A DNA stretch of 64,000 nt from Endomicrobiales bacterium (lineage in GTDB: Bacteria; Elusimicrobiota; Endomicrobiia; Endomicrobiales; CAWCFT01): assembly GCA_963794945.1 (NCBI GenBank), contig CAWCFT010000005.1, positions 1-64,000 on the forward strand, in the 5' to 3' direction. The notes under the pieces are model-generated. The model was given only the letters and a program-made list of their open reading frames with translations, was not told where the DNA came from and did no database searches. Shown here piece by piece: positions 41,901 through 54,697 of the stretch (position 1 is its first letter; the number at the start of each line of letters is the position of its first letter). The translations under genes and the position numbers were made by a program.

Positions 41901-44418
41901 CATCGAGGTCTTCGGTGTCAATTTTACCGTTTCCTGCGCCGAAACGCGTTGTAGTGCCGTCGGGATTTAAGAATGCCCAACCTACATCTTCACCCTGGGT
42001 AAGGCTTCCGGTGTGGCTTAAATCTTCGGTTTTAGGCACCGTTGCATTCGGATCTCCATCAGCATTTTCGTTTATCTGTCCAAACCCTATCGAAAGCTCT
42101 TCGTTATTCCCGTCACCATAGATACACATTTCAAGATATGATTTTTGCGACCAATCCTGACCTACATTGGACAAAGGTTCGACAATTGATAACTCCGGAG
42201 AGCGGGAAAGATTATAATTTATATGCAGCACCTGCACATTTTGATTACTTACTGAAACCAGAGTATTGTTTATATCACTTAATGCTACTTGATCGGTTAA
42301 CCATGAAATATCGTTTAAAAAATATCTTACTCCAGAAGGAGTGGCGGCAGGCTGCCAGGAAAGATAATTCGTAGATATACCGGCCTCCTGCTTAATGCCT
42401 TCCATGTTCTCCACAATAGCTACGCCAGAATTAGTTATATTCGGATTTTCAGAACTCTGTGCGAACTCCGCACCCACTGACATCAGTAACGGTGTTCCCG
42501 GCACTTTTACGTCACTAATCTTTGTGTCGCCTTCCAATACTGACAAACTTGTAGGCGTCGTGCGTATATCAGGCGCCGTAGCGCTCTGAGCATCCATCTG
42601 GTAGATATAGCTCATACCAACAAAAACATTCTTTGTAAGGGAAAGCTGGGACCTTAAACCGATAAGGGTAGAACCGCCGGTCCCGCCAAAAGGAGCATAA
42701 TCGTAAGAGACTTCAATTACAGTACTTTCCGTGATCTTTTCTGCATTGAAAAATGTCACTATTCCTGCGTCATAATCTATGAAGTAGTCTTCATTGGACT
42801 TCAATATCACTCCATCCATAGTGACCTTTTCCGACTTGGGAACTATTCCAGGCCGCAGAGTTATAATCTTAATCCTGTAACTGTATTGTGTTAGTATATT
42901 GTAGGCATGAGTACTCTGGGTGTACAGAGTACTTTGAAAAGGCAGACTGGTAGGCGGTTCAAAGTTGAACACACCGTTCTCAAAATCAACTGTAACGTTA
43001 CTTGGATACATAGGCACTGGTTTTCCGTTTGGTGTGCTTGGATCCACAATTGTGGTAGGCTGCTTGTCCGTAAGATCCACTACACGCCAAATGAAATTAC
43101 CCCTGCCGTTGTCCCTAATGATTTGCAGATCGCCAAAACTATAGAATGTTTTCAGCTCTGTTGAAAGACCTAATGTCACGGAATCATCGTATTTTATTAT
43201 TTTTAGCATACCGGGATCAGCCCCGATGCTTGAAAGGCGCGTTACGCTTGCCCCGTTTGTTTTCTGGTAATCTATAGCCACAACATAGTTTGAGAGCATC
43301 TGCTTTTTAAAAACAAGTATCCCTCGGCTATAATCAACTGTATAGTCTTGGCCCGGAATAAGAAGATTAAAATTGCCCGTATAATAAGTTGCAGGGCTTG
43401 TTAGTGTTTCAACTGTCATAGTTGACGTATTAATATTATTTGTAACAGGGTTTCGATTATCCAGATATACCTGGATCGAGCCACCGACCATAGTGTCATT
43501 ATCTAACTTCACGGCATAATACTTCATCGCTATATAGCCTGTATCAGGAATTTCCTTGCGAATAAGCTGGGTGTTCCCCGTAAATCTTTTAACTTCCGAA
43601 AACCCTTTTGTTCTAGAGAAAAACCCCCAGGATTCCAGCCCTTTGTATTTCGCCTTTACCTCAACTCCGAAAAGTTGTTTTGAATATCCAACGAACTCTG
43701 TTTGGGGTAGCGACATGTTTATGTCGCCGAAAGCGGCTTCCTGTATAACTTCATTTTTATCCCCCTTGTAAACTACAGATATATCACGTTTATCCGCAGT
43801 GGTGTCGTCGAAATCAACGTTGACATTGATCTTTCTGCCGACCTGGCCTTTTATTCTCACTTGCAGTTCCTGGGTCATATCGAAGCTAGGGGAAGGGTTG
43901 GTCCTTATGGGGGGATTTTCAACATCGTATGTTGTGGATTTGAACGCAACGCCTATAACTTTTCTTCCGGAAATCGAAAGCTGGGATTCATATGGCAGCT
44001 CAACTGAAAGTCCTGGAGGCAGAGGGACAGGCGTACGCCTTGTCACAGAAGAACCGACCACTTCCTTTTCGGTTTCCGTTACATACCCTTCATTCTGCCT
44101 TCGCATGCATATCCATTTGTCATTTGTAAAACAAAAAATATTCGTGCCGGCGAGGTACTGTACCAGTTCTTCACCGGCCTCTCCCGGTTCTGTGACTGTA
44201 GGGATCGACAAATCGTATGAGTTTACAGTAGATGTTGAAACTGAAACCGAGGCTGACTGGGAGGTAGTGCTTAATTTCAACAGATAGTTATCTACGTTAT
44301 TTTTATCACCCAGGATTGACAGGTTCTTTACTGTGGAATGGAATATTTCGGCCCTAAGCGTAGTTACCTGTATGATGAGGACGGCAATTACACAACATGC
44401 AGAAAGGAAACGTTTCAT
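38924..44418 (-). CDS. SprA-like giant outer-membrane protein (frameshift near 39290)
   Basis: Signal peptide; QELQVRIKGQVGRKINVNVDFDD, FGDINMSL, TEDLDGDGVL; beta-strand-rich C-terminus ending in F in ORF 38924-39259. Confidence 0.7.
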
Positions 44419-44624
44419 GTGTTGGCCTGCGACAACATTGTTATAAACAGGTTCAAATTATGTCCTTTTTGTGGCCAATATCAACCTTGCCCGCAACACC
44501 CTTGCCGGGCAAATGCTTCTGAGCCGGAATCATAAATATTTTGTTGCTAAATATTCGCTACAATTATAGCTCTTTTCGTTTCATTTTTCCATATATTTTG
44601 ATATAATACAAAATATATTATCCT

Positions 44625-45895
44625 CACTTCTGTCCGGTTAAAAAGCGAACGCCATTGTTAGTTGGCGGTCTGTGTTTTTGATTTTAGGCAGCAATCGATC
44701 ATTCAAATTAAGTAAGTCAATGAGATTGAGGCGTTCAAGAAGCGTTTCCTGAATGACTTTGTGCAGGTAGAACAGTGAATATTTATATTTTGACTGATAT
44801 TTGATGTAAGACAGAAGCAAGTAGTAGCACATGGCAATCCAGATCTGCGTAAGCACAGCGTTCTTTGAAGTGCCAAAGAATGTTTTGATTTTAAGGTTCT
44901 GCTTGATCCACTTGAAAAAGACTTCAACTTGCCAGCGGGCTTTATAGATACCAGCAATAGTAGAAGCGGCAAGCTTGAAGTTGTTGGTAATAAAAACAAG
45001 CAGTTTATCGGTTTGCTTGTCATAGTAACGGATCAAGCGCAGTTCTTTGGGATAATCCTGCTTCTGATAAAAGCCGTTCAAGGCGATAATTTCATCTGAA
45101 ATTACGCTGTTTTTTGATGATTCAGGATGCTGTCCGGAAACAGTGTAATTGATGTTGTCTTTGGCTCTGGTAACGAAGAAAGCGCCTACTGTGTCTATTG
45201 AATTAAACCAGGCAAAGTCTATATAGCCCTTGTCCATGCAGTAGATGCTGTCCGGCACAATGTCAAAAGAAGAACGGGCAACGGTTATTTCGTGCTTTTT
45301 GGCATCTGTGACAACCATGAACGTGGGTATCTGCCCGGCATGGTCTAACTGGCAATGCAGTTTTATAGCCCCTTTGGTAGTGCGGAATTTTGCCCATGAA
45401 AACATTGACAGGCACAAGTCAATGACTGTGGCGTCAAAAATGAACAATGGGTTTTTAAACTTGAATTTGTGTGTAGGGGTTATATTCTTACAGCGTTCAA
45501 GCAAGGCATAAAACAACCCTTCATATATGCGGTAGTCGCGTTTCTGGTTGGCATCGGCAAGAGTAGAACGGCGCACAATGGCAAGGCCGACATGGTAGAG
45601 CTTTCCGGCTTGCGCCAGAAAAGCATTAACAATATCACGCAAGCTGTCCTTGCCGCTGATTTGGGCATAAAGCATGACTGTTAGTTGTTTCCAGCAATTG
45701 AAGGTTTTGACGTATCTGTCCCCGAAATGACGAGAAACGAGGTTTTCAAAACGATGTCTCGGAATAAACGTTTGCAATTGGTTCATGATAGTGTTATAAT
45801 GCATCTTATCAATCCTCCGTCAGTAGATTTGTTCCTTTGCAGAAACATTCTACCTGATCGGGGGATTTTATTCAAATTTTAACCGGACAGGTTTG
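44625..45895 (-). mobile_element. IS4 family insertion sequence with 9-bp target duplication
   Basis: Ends CACTTCTGTCCGGTTAAAA / TTTTAACCGGACAGGTTTG; TATTATCCT at 44616-44624 and 45896-45904. Confidence 0.95.
44638..45804 (-). CDS. IS4 family transposase (DUF4372 + DDE)
   Basis: SLRD, RSTLADAN, DAT, DKGY, YKARWQVEVFFKWIKQ. Confidence 0.97.
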   Translation of the reverse strand: MHYNTIMNQLQTFIPRHRFENLVSRHFGDRYVKTFNCWKQLTVMLYAQISGKDSLRDIVNAFLAQAGKLYHVGLAIVRRSTLADANQKRDYRIYEGLFYALLERCKNITPTHKFKFKNPLFIFDATVIDLCLSMFSWAKFRTTKGAIKLHCQLDHAGQIPTFMVVTDAKKHEITVARSSFDIVPDSIYCMDKGYIDFAWFNSIDTVGAFFVTRAKDNINYTVSGQHPESSKNSVISDEIIALNGFYQKQDYPKELRLIRYYDKQTDKLLVFITNNFKLAASTIAGIYKARWQVEVFFKWIKQNLKIKTFFGTSKNAVLTQIWIAMCYYLLLSYIKYQSKYKYSLFYLHKVIQETLLERLNLIDLLNLNDRLLPKIKNTDRQLTMAFAF

Positions 45896-45921
45896 TATTA
45901 TCCTAGTAGTTTAAACTACCT

Positions 45922-47013
45922 ATGAAACTATTACACCGTTATATAATATCAGAGTTTATCGAATCATTCCTCTTCGGGCTTTCCGTATTTTCTATTATTC
46001 TTCTGCTAGACCAGATATTTCAGCTTATCGACCTTTTCCTTTCAAAAGGTATTTCATTTTTCATAGTGATTAAGCTTTTCCTCTTGATACTTCCCAACAT
46101 TTTTTCACTCACGATCCCTATGGCCGGGCTTTTCGGCATATTGCTTGCATTTGGAAGGCTTTCTGAAGATAACGAGATAACCGCACTGCGGTCTTCCGGT
46201 ATTACATACTCTACCATCGTCTCTCCTGTATTACTGTTGATGCTGGTCCTGAGCATTTTTCTGGTTTATTTCAACCAATACCTCTCCCCGGCTACACATT
46301 CGCAATTCAGAAGGATATATCAACAAGTTTTATCATCCAGGCCCCTTATCAAATTTGAAGAGAAATCCATAACCAAGATAGGCGATTATAGGCTTTATGT
46401 GACCAAGATCAACAAGAACTCGAACTCGCTTGAGGGTGTAAATATCTACAAATTTTCAAAGAATGACAGCGATTCTGCCTGGAGAATAAGCGCTTCGTCC
46501 GCTGTTGTTGCGGTAAACCCGAACGCCGTAATATTCAACCTTTTCAAGGGCTACTGGCAAAAACCTAATCCCGCAAAACCCGATGACTTGGTTAATATGA
46601 ATTACGCCTACTATCAATTTACAATACCGATTGGCGGAGACATCATGCCGTTTTCCCAATCTTTGCGCGAAATGACCGCAACTGAAATGAAGGCTGAAAT
46701 TAATAATTACCGTTTAAAAAAACTCCCCCTCACTTTTCTTGAAACCGAATATTGGTTGAGATGGACTCTGGCTCTGGCACCATTCGTTTTCGCCGTTTGC
46801 GGTATACCTCTGGGAGTGGTTTCAGAACGCGGAGGAAAATCGATCGGTTTCGGCATGAGCCTTATCGTGCTTTTTATCTATTATTTCATGCTTGTTTCGG
46901 CGCTGAATATTTCAGAAAAAGGTTACCTTAACCCGGGTATAGCGATGTGGATACCTGACTTCGCAATACTTTTATGCGGTCTATTTTTATGGAAGAGGAT
47001 GCTGAAAACATAA
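45922..47013 (+). CDS. lptF: LPS export permease LptF
   Basis: GRLSEDNEITALRSSG, 3+3 transmembrane layout. Confidence 0.88.
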   Translation: MKLLHRYIISEFIESFLFGLSVFSIILLLDQIFQLIDLFLSKGISFFIVIKLFLLILPNIFSLTIPMAGLFGILLAFGRLSEDNEITALRSSGITYSTIVSPVLLLMLVLSIFLVYFNQYLSPATHSQFRRIYQQVLSSRPLIKFEEKSITKIGDYRLYVTKINKNSNSLEGVNIYKFSKNDSDSAWRISASSAVVAVNPNAVIFNLFKGYWQKPNPAKPDDLVNMNYAYYQFTIPIGGDIMPFSQSLREMTATEMKAEINNYRLKKLPLTFLETEYWLRWTLALAPFVFAVCGIPLGVVSERGGKSIGFGMSLIVLFIYYFMLVSALNISEKGYLNPGIAMWIPDFAILLCGLFLWKRMLKT

Positions 47014-47016
47014 CTT

Positions 47017-48096
47017 ATGAAAATTGTTTACCGTTACATAGCAAGAGAGTTCTTTAAGCCGCTTTTTTTCAGCGCCGTCGTATTCGGCGGGCTCGTGATG
47101 ATAAGCGAGTTCTTCCGGGAACTTAGTTTTTACCTCGAAAATAAGACACCGTTTTTGACTGTTTTCGAGTACCTCCTATTGAACCTTCCCTGGTGGATAA
47201 TACAAGTACTGCCTGTTTCCGTACTACTGGCAGTCCTATTTTCCCTCGGTCAGCTCGCAAGAAGGAATGAGATCACGGCGCTAAAAGCCGCCGGCATAAA
47301 TCTTTGGCGCATTGTTTTCATTTTTTTACTCTGCGCCGTGTTCGTTGGCTTGGTAGAGATCACATTGAAAGAAAAAGTCATACCGTTCACCGTAAAAGAA
47401 GCTGAGAGAATAATGCATGAAAAGATAAAAAAAGAGAATTATTCTGTAGAATCAGAATTTAACGACATGGTTATTTCGCTCCCAGGCAATTCCAGAATGA
47501 CGATTAGCAACCTTAACGCCAAAGATAATTCAATGAAGCAGGTAATTATAGACAGGTTCGATTCCAGTTTTAACCTAAACTCCCAGCTTGTAGCCCAATC
47601 AGCCCACTTTGACGGCACAAATTGGATATTGAAGGATGGCGTCGAAAGAAATTTTGGCAAACAACACATGAATGAAACTATTTTCTCGTCAAAAATAGTT
47701 AAACTGCCTTTCACTCCAAAAGATTTTATCCTTAAGAAACTCCGGCCGGAACAGATGACAACCAGTGAATTTCAGGAGTATGTGCACCAGCTTGATACAC
47801 TTGGAATACCATCCGAGAGAGAACGAATACAGTTATATTTCAGGTGGTCTTCGGCTTTCAGCCATATAATAGTCATGCTAATAGGCATACCTTTCGCGCT
47901 CGGCTTCGCAGGCAAACACGGGAAATTTATAAGTTTTACTTTTGCCCTTATATTTGCGTTCGTTTACTGGGGCATTCTTGCGGTGGCTCAGTCACTTGGC
48001 GAGAACAGGGTAATAACACCGCTGCTTTCTGCTTGGATAGGTAATATCCTGTTTGGTACTGCAGGGGTCTTAATGCTTGCTAAACTTAAAAAATGA
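47017..48096 (+). CDS. lptG: LPS export permease LptG
   Basis: RRNEITALKAAG, P.LSAWIGN; second gene of the tandem pair. Confidence 0.88.
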   Translation: MKIVYRYIAREFFKPLFFSAVVFGGLVMISEFFRELSFYLENKTPFLTVFEYLLLNLPWWIIQVLPVSVLLAVLFSLGQLARRNEITALKAAGINLWRIVFIFLLCAVFVGLVEITLKEKVIPFTVKEAERIMHEKIKKENYSVESEFNDMVISLPGNSRMTISNLNAKDNSMKQVIIDRFDSSFNLNSQLVAQSAHFDGTNWILKDGVERNFGKQHMNETIFSSKIVKLPFTPKDFILKKLRPEQMTTSEFQEYVHQLDTLGIPSERERIQLYFRWSSAFSHIIVMLIGIPFALGFAGKHGKFISFTFALIFAFVYWGILAVAQSLGENRVITPLLSAWIGNILFGTAGVLMLAKLKK

Positions 48097-48239
48097 CGGG
48101 CAGTGTAAGTCCTCATCTCAACATTAATATCTTTAAATATCAATCAATTATACCTCAATTATCTTAAGATTAAGATAGCAAGTTTTCAAAAATACCGTAA
48201 ATATTATTGTATTACCAATATAATTTATTACTTAAATAT

Positions 48240-48280
48240 AAAATCCGATATCAGTATTTTAGTACTGATATCGGATTTTT
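48240..48280. terminator. Long hairpin between convergent genes
   Basis: AAAATCCGATATCAGTA-TTTTAG-TACTGATATCGGATTTT. Confidence 0.75.
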
Positions 48281-48302
48281 TGAGTTGAGATATTATTGCA
48301 TC

Positions 48303-49868
48303 TTATCTTCCGAAGTGGTCTTCTTCCGTACATTCGGCATGTTGACCGCAGGCTGAGCAGCTGAAGACGTTCTGCGTGCCTGATTGAGACGGTGTTACAA
48401 CAGGCATTGCCGTTGCTGCAGGAGCAGCAGTGGCCGCACTAGGAATGGCTACTTTTATATTTGAATTTGTACTTTGAACACCGGTCGTAGTTGTTGATTC
48501 TGAAGCGTTAATATATACGCCCGTGCCGGGTGTTGACGAAGGAGCGACCGCTTGAGCAGGCTTAGGTATTGCAGGCTGTGAAACTGCTTGTTTAGGCTGT
48601 TCGGCTGCCGGAGTATGAGCGCTTCTCTTTACAGTGTCATTACCGTAAGGTCTTCCTTTCTGGTCACCCCATGACATTGCAATTGTTACCTGCTGGTTCC
48701 ACTGGGGATCCTGTCCGGCATACATACCGAGTTCATCGCCCCAATAAGCATAATCTACTCTTACGCCAAGGTAAGGAACACGCATACCAAAACCAAATGA
48801 CGGATAACCAGAGCTGTAGCCACCGCGAAGTGATATCGGCCCCCATCTAAATTCGGCCCCAAAATGAAGTTTTACCCAAAACGTAGGGTCAAAAAGAGGT
48901 GATGCTGGATTCAGGAAATCCCTCACATCGGCCGCCAAAATCAGCCTGTCTTCTGTATTGATGTATTTCCCCGGCCAGTAGTAAATTTTTGAAGGTATAT
49001 AAGCTGTTCCTATATTCCACTGCGGATCTATCATGCTGGTGTATGCCGGTTGAGAGGTTTGCCCGGCCTGGCTAGCCGTAAAAGACTGGTAGGATATGTT
49101 TGTTCCGCCAACATCTGTGACCTGCAAGCCGAAATTCCACCTGGTATTAGGCTGGTAAAGAGTTCCAAAGTCCATGCCGAAACCTTTTCCCATCTGAACC
49201 TGCGGGCTGAAGTTATCGAAAGCGAGCACTGATTCGTCGTTTACGTTGATTTGGCCCCTGTATATCGCTTTAAGCGTTACACCAACCGAGAGGCTCCCGG
49301 GGACATAAGGAAGAGTGTCAAACCGGTGAGCGATGGGCACGGCGGCAATAGCGTCAACATCTCCGAACAAATTGAGGCTGGGGACTATCAAGCTTCGGTT
49401 AAACTGAAAACGGACGTCAGCCTGGTCATAAAGCCCAGCTCCCCAGGTTATGAACCCGGGAGATGAGATAAAACTGGTATTAGGAAAACCGGTCCTTACT
49501 TCCGGCATATATGAAGTTATCTTGTCGTTTATCTGGTTCAATAAACTAATTTGATCCTGCGTAGAAAGATTGCTGAAATTCTTAAGTTTATCGCTGTTAT
49601 CGTTGTAAAAATCATAGAAATTTAATACATCCTGGCTTATATTTATGGGCAACTCAAAAAGCGTAAACATCCCTCCCTGCCTCTGTGTGAGCCCGGAAGG
49701 GTTGTAGAAAACAGCATTCTGGTCATCAGATAGAGCAACAAATGCGCCACCCATACCGAGCGGCCTTATTCCTCTGATAAACACCTGTGGTTCCGACGCC
49801 ATAGCTATATGTAACATAATTACTATTACAAATAACGTTGCAAGAAGACGATATAAAATATTTTTCAT
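48303..49868 (-). CDS. TraF/PorV-like outer-membrane beta-barrel with Pro/Ala/Thr-rich tail
   Basis: RPLGMGGAFVALSDD.NAVFYNPSGL; low-complexity C-terminus whose last residues may be frameshifted. Confidence 0.7.
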   Translation of the reverse strand: MKNILYRLLATLFVIVIMLHIAMASEPQVFIRGIRPLGMGGAFVALSDDQNAVFYNPSGLTQRQGGMFTLFELPINISQDVLNFYDFYNDNSDKLKNFSNLSTQDQISLLNQINDKITSYMPEVRTGFPNTSFISSPGFITWGAGLYDQADVRFQFNRSLIVPSLNLFGDVDAIAAVPIAHRFDTLPYVPGSLSVGVTLKAIYRGQINVNDESVLAFDNFSPQVQMGKGFGMDFGTLYQPNTRWNFGLQVTDVGGTNISYQSFTASQAGQTSQPAYTSMIDPQWNIGTAYIPSKIYYWPGKYINTEDRLILAADVRDFLNPASPLFDPTFWVKLHFGAEFRWGPISLRGGYSSGYPSFGFGMRVPYLGVRVDYAYWGDELGMYAGQDPQWNQQVTIAMSWGDQKGRPYGNDTVKRSAHTPAAEQPKQAVSQPAIPKPAQAVAPSSTPGTGVYINASESTTTTGVQSTNSNIKVAIPSAATAAPAATAMPVVTPSQSGTQNVFSCSACGQHAECTEEDHFGR

Positions 49869-49883
49869 TTCAATTCCTCTCTA

Positions 49884-50762
49884 TTAAAAAGTGCCATTAC
49901 TATAATAATAATCTGTGTTAATATCGACTGTCATGCCCGGAATATCACTTTCGAGGCTTTTGAAAAGGTTATTCACATCGCTGTTTATATTGCCGATCAT
50001 GGAATTACTACCAAGATTAAGCTTTTTATAAACCACTAAAAGCCTTTGGTACGCACTTGCGATATCTTGTCCGGCGCTATTAGCGACAGGCGTTATAACC
50101 GTAGAATCCTGGCTGTTGACCGTCACAGAATAATCACTGTTGAAAGTAATGATGTTTGAATCATAAACTATCAGAGCAGCCTTTAAAACCAGGCAGAATG
50201 CGATGTTCACATTTACATCCACATTATCCGGGGCGATTGTTCCGTCACCTTTGCCTTGAATAATTTTCAGAAGATGTCCAGAACTTAGAACATCATCAAC
50301 GGCCTTTTCAATTGCAGCGTGATTATTCAGTATAGACTGTGGAATAAGTGGAGAACTTGCCGAAGAGGAACCCGAAACGTGAGCGGCATAAGCGAGCGCT
50401 GATACCAGTCGATTGAATGAAGAGTTATTGCTATTATTGTTGTTGCCATTGCTGCTGTTTTGTTGTGTGACAAGATTTGAAACAAGTGTCGCTATATCCA
50501 TTCCTGAATTTGCGAGTTCTGCCGCGCAATAGCCATAGATCGCTTGAGAATTATTGGGAGTATTTTTAAGTATTTGTGAATAATACTGAAGAGCTTGCGT
50601 ATAATTCTTGTTCTGAAGCGCTTGGGCCGCGTCGCTTGACAAAGCGTTGGTTCCTGAACTACTCCCGGCTGAATGCGCGAAGGAAAATATATTATCCTTT
50701 CCGCATCCGCAAGTAACGGCAATAATTGCGCCAAGCATTAATACACTTAGCTTTCTTTTCAT
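49884..50762 (-). CDS. Lipoprotein with TPR-like helices and Asn/Ser tract
   Basis: TCGC lipobox, NYTQALQYY...PNNSQA. Confidence 0.65.
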   Translation of the reverse strand: MKRKLSVLMLGAIIAVTCGCGKDNIFSFAHSAGSSSGTNALSSDAAQALQNKNYTQALQYYSQILKNTPNNSQAIYGYCAAELANSGMDIATLVSNLVTQQNSSNGNNNNSNNSSFNRLVSALAYAAHVSGSSSASSPLIPQSILNNHAAIEKAVDDVLSSGHLLKIIQGKGDGTIAPDNVDVNVNIAFCLVLKAALIVYDSNIITFNSDYSVTVNSQDSTVITPVANSAGQDIASAYQRLLVVYKKLNLGSNSMIGNINSDVNNLFKSLESDIPGMTVDINTDYYYSNGTF

Positions 50763-51007
50763 ACAACCCTCCCTTATATAGCGTTCAGCTCGAAGTTCGA
50801 AGATATCCAGTTTATTTTATTATTCTAGCGTTTAATCTCTTTTGTAATTGCTAAAGAGAATATTGTTTGCGCGAGAATTTTTAAAAAGGTATCCTGTCTT
50901 CTGCCCTGAACTATTCTGATACTTAAAATTACAACTATTATAACGCTATAGATATACTATATAAAGGAGATTTCTGCCACATGATTTAACGCACACATCT
51001 ATTTATC

Positions 51008-52276
<1,269 letters not shown>

Positions 52277-52281
52277 TTAAT

Positions 52282-52369
52282 TAGTGATAAGCGGTAAGTT
52301 GTAAGCTATAAATAAATGGCGAACTTCACTGTTTTCGCCTTTTCTTACAACTTATCACTTAAAGCTTAA
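52282..52369. repeat. Inverted heptamer repeat arrays
   Basis: GTGATAA GCGGTAA GTTGTAA GCTATAA ... TTACAAC TTATCAC TTAAAGC. Confidence 0.65.
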
Positions 52370-52380
52370 TGCGTAGTTAT

Positions 52381-53559
52381 TTATACTCTTGCTTCCTTGC
52401 GAAGCTGGCTAACCTTGTTAAGTTGTTCCCACGTAAACCCAGGGCCTTTCCTTCCGAAATGGCCGTAAGAAGCTGTTTTGAGATATACCGGCCTTCTTAG
52501 TTTTAAATAATCTATTATTCCTTTCGGATTAAGAGGGAATACTTTTCTTACTATCTTACTCAGTTCCTTATCTGAGATTTTACCCGTAAATGAGGTGTCT
52601 ATCATAACGGAAACAGGATCGGCCACGCCTATAGCGTAAGCAAGTTGGACCGTGCATTTTTCAGCGAGCCCCGCGCCGACGATATTTTTAGCGATATGCC
52701 TTGCCATGTAGCAAGCGCTTCTGTCAACCTTGGTCGGATCCTTGCCTGAGAACGCTCCTCCGCCGTGCGCAGCCATGCCGCCATAGGTGTCAACGATTAT
52801 TTTTCTTCCTGTTACACCGGTATCAGACTGTGGTCCGCCGACAACAAACTTACCAGTCGGATTGATGAAATATTTCGTATTCTTGTCAACCCAGCCTTTG
52901 AGCACGGGAGCGATTATAGTTTTTATCATCTGTTCTCTTGCGGCATTTGTTATCTTGGAGCCCGTCCTGTCAAGGATCTCTTCGGTATGCTGAGACGAAA
53001 CAACAACGGTGTCTACACGCACGGGTTTACCGTCCTTGTATTCAACGGACACCTGAGATTTCCCGTCAGGTCCGAGATACTTGAGGATATTTTTCTTTCT
53101 TACTTCCGTTAAACGCAAAGCTAACTTATGAGCAAGAGATATCGGCAGCGGCATAAGCTCAGGTGTTTCTTTGCAGGCATAGCCTATCATGAGCCCTTGG
53201 TCGCCGGCGCCGCCGGTGTCAACACCCTGAGATATATCAGGCGACTGCGAATGAATGGCGTTAAGGATAGCGCAAGTCTCAAAGTCAAAACCAAATTTAG
53301 GATGATTGTATCCGATGTCATTGATTATTTTTCTAACGATTTTATGAACATCAATGAAGGCTGAGGTGGTTATTTCTCCACCTACAATTACAAGCCCCAT
53401 GGTGATAAACGTCTCGCAGGCTACCCTGCCCTTGGGGTCCTGAGCCAATACTGCATCAAGGACCCCATCCGATATCTGATCGCATACTTTATCAGGATGG
53501 CCTTCTGTTACCGATTCCGACGTAAATACAAAGTCTTTACCTTTGTCATAATTGCCCAT
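52381..53559 (-). CDS. metK: S-adenosylmethionine synthetase
   Basis: [26 protein letters not shown]. Confidence 0.98.
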   Translation of the reverse strand: MGNYDKGKDFVFTSESVTEGHPDKVCDQISDGVLDAVLAQDPKGRVACETFITMGLVIVGGEITTSAFIDVHKIVRKIINDIGYNHPKFGFDFETCAILNAIHSQSPDISQGVDTGGAGDQGLMIGYACKETPELMPLPISLAHKLALRLTEVRKKNILKYLGPDGKSQVSVEYKDGKPVRVDTVVVSSQHTEEILDRTGSKITNAAREQMIKTIIAPVLKGWVDKNTKYFINPTGKFVVGGPQSDTGVTGRKIIVDTYGGMAAHGGGAFSGKDPTKVDRSACYMARHIAKNIVGAGLAEKCTVQLAYAIGVADPVSVMIDTSFTGKISDKELSKIVRKVFPLNPKGIIDYLKLRRPVYLKTASYGHFGRKGPGFTWEQLNKVSQLRKEARV

Positions 53560-53621
53560 TGTACTTTCTCCTTTATTTGTCCGTGCTGGAAAGTCATTTC
53601 CTAGCGCGACTATTTTATTTC

Positions 53622-54649
53622 CTATTCTATGTTCAACACAGTGCCTTCGTAAACTGAAATGTCTTCAGATACTTTTGCACCGTAGCCTATTATGCAGTTA
53701 TCAAGATTAACGTTCTTTAAGACTTCAACGTTTCCCCACAATATAGAATTCTTTATGTTAGCGCCGCTCAATATCTTTGAATTGTCGGCTATGGTTGTAT
53801 ATTCTCCTATTACGGCGTTTTGGCCTATAAAACAATACTCTCCTATGACGGACGGCGCTTTAAGTTTGATATTTTTTCCCAACACTGTGCCTTTTCCAAC
53901 CCATATACCCGGCTTGATCTGCTCTCCGGGGATACACATCCTTATCTTTCCATCCAGCGCGTCGCGGATTCCCTGCCTGTACTCAGTAAGATTCCCGACA
54001 TCTGTCCAATATTCGTCCATCAGATATCCGTAGATCCTCTTTTTTTCTGAAGAAGTCTCGGCCACAGCTGCATGCCGAAATCGTAGAACTGTCCTTCGGG
54101 AATGTAATTGAATATTTCCGGTTCAAATATATATATGCCAGTGTTAACTGTGTTAGCGAATACGTCGCTCCACCTGGGTTTTTCAATGAATTTTAGTATT
54201 TTACCAGATTTATCGGTTAAAGTCACGCCGTACTCGAACTTCGTGTCCACTGCTTTAAGCACCATCGTTCCGAGCGCTTTTTTGGACTTATGGTATTTAA
54301 TTGCCTTGGTCAGATCTATATCCGTAAGACCATCCCCGGACATAACTATGAACGTTGTATCTAGGTAATCCTGCATCTTCTTTACACCGCCGGCAGTGCC
54401 AAGAAGTTTCTTTTCATAAGAATATGATATCTTCATGCCAAAAGGCGAGCCATCTTTAAAATAATTTTTTATCATCCCGGGGTAATGATGCAGGTTCAAA
54501 ACAACGTTATATATCCCGTGGCGCATAAGATTTTCAAGAGTATAATAAATGACCGGCTTATTGACAACAGGCACCATTGGTTTCGGTATCGCATACGTTA
54601 ACGGTCTAAGCCTGGTTCCTGCTCCTGCTGCCATGACAAATGCTTTCAT
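53622..54649 (-). CDS. NDP-sugar synthase (mannose-1-P guanylyltransferase-like) with hexapeptide tail (frameshift near 54045)
   Basis: [26 protein letters not shown] and left-handed beta-helix in the second ORF. Confidence 0.88.
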
Positions 54650-54697
54650 AATACAATCCTATACAATGATTTAAGCAATCAAATATGATTACAGATA

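Noticed and set aside
44480..44515. Hairpin TTGCCCG...CGGGCAA in the SprA-like leader as a riboswitch
   Set aside because: A single hairpin with no recognisable aptamer consensus.
48303..49868. Conjugative element
   Set aside because: No other tra, relaxase or T4SS genes nearby.
53560..53621. SAM riboswitch upstream of metK
   Set aside because: Only ~60 bp of spacer and no recognisable SAM-I core.
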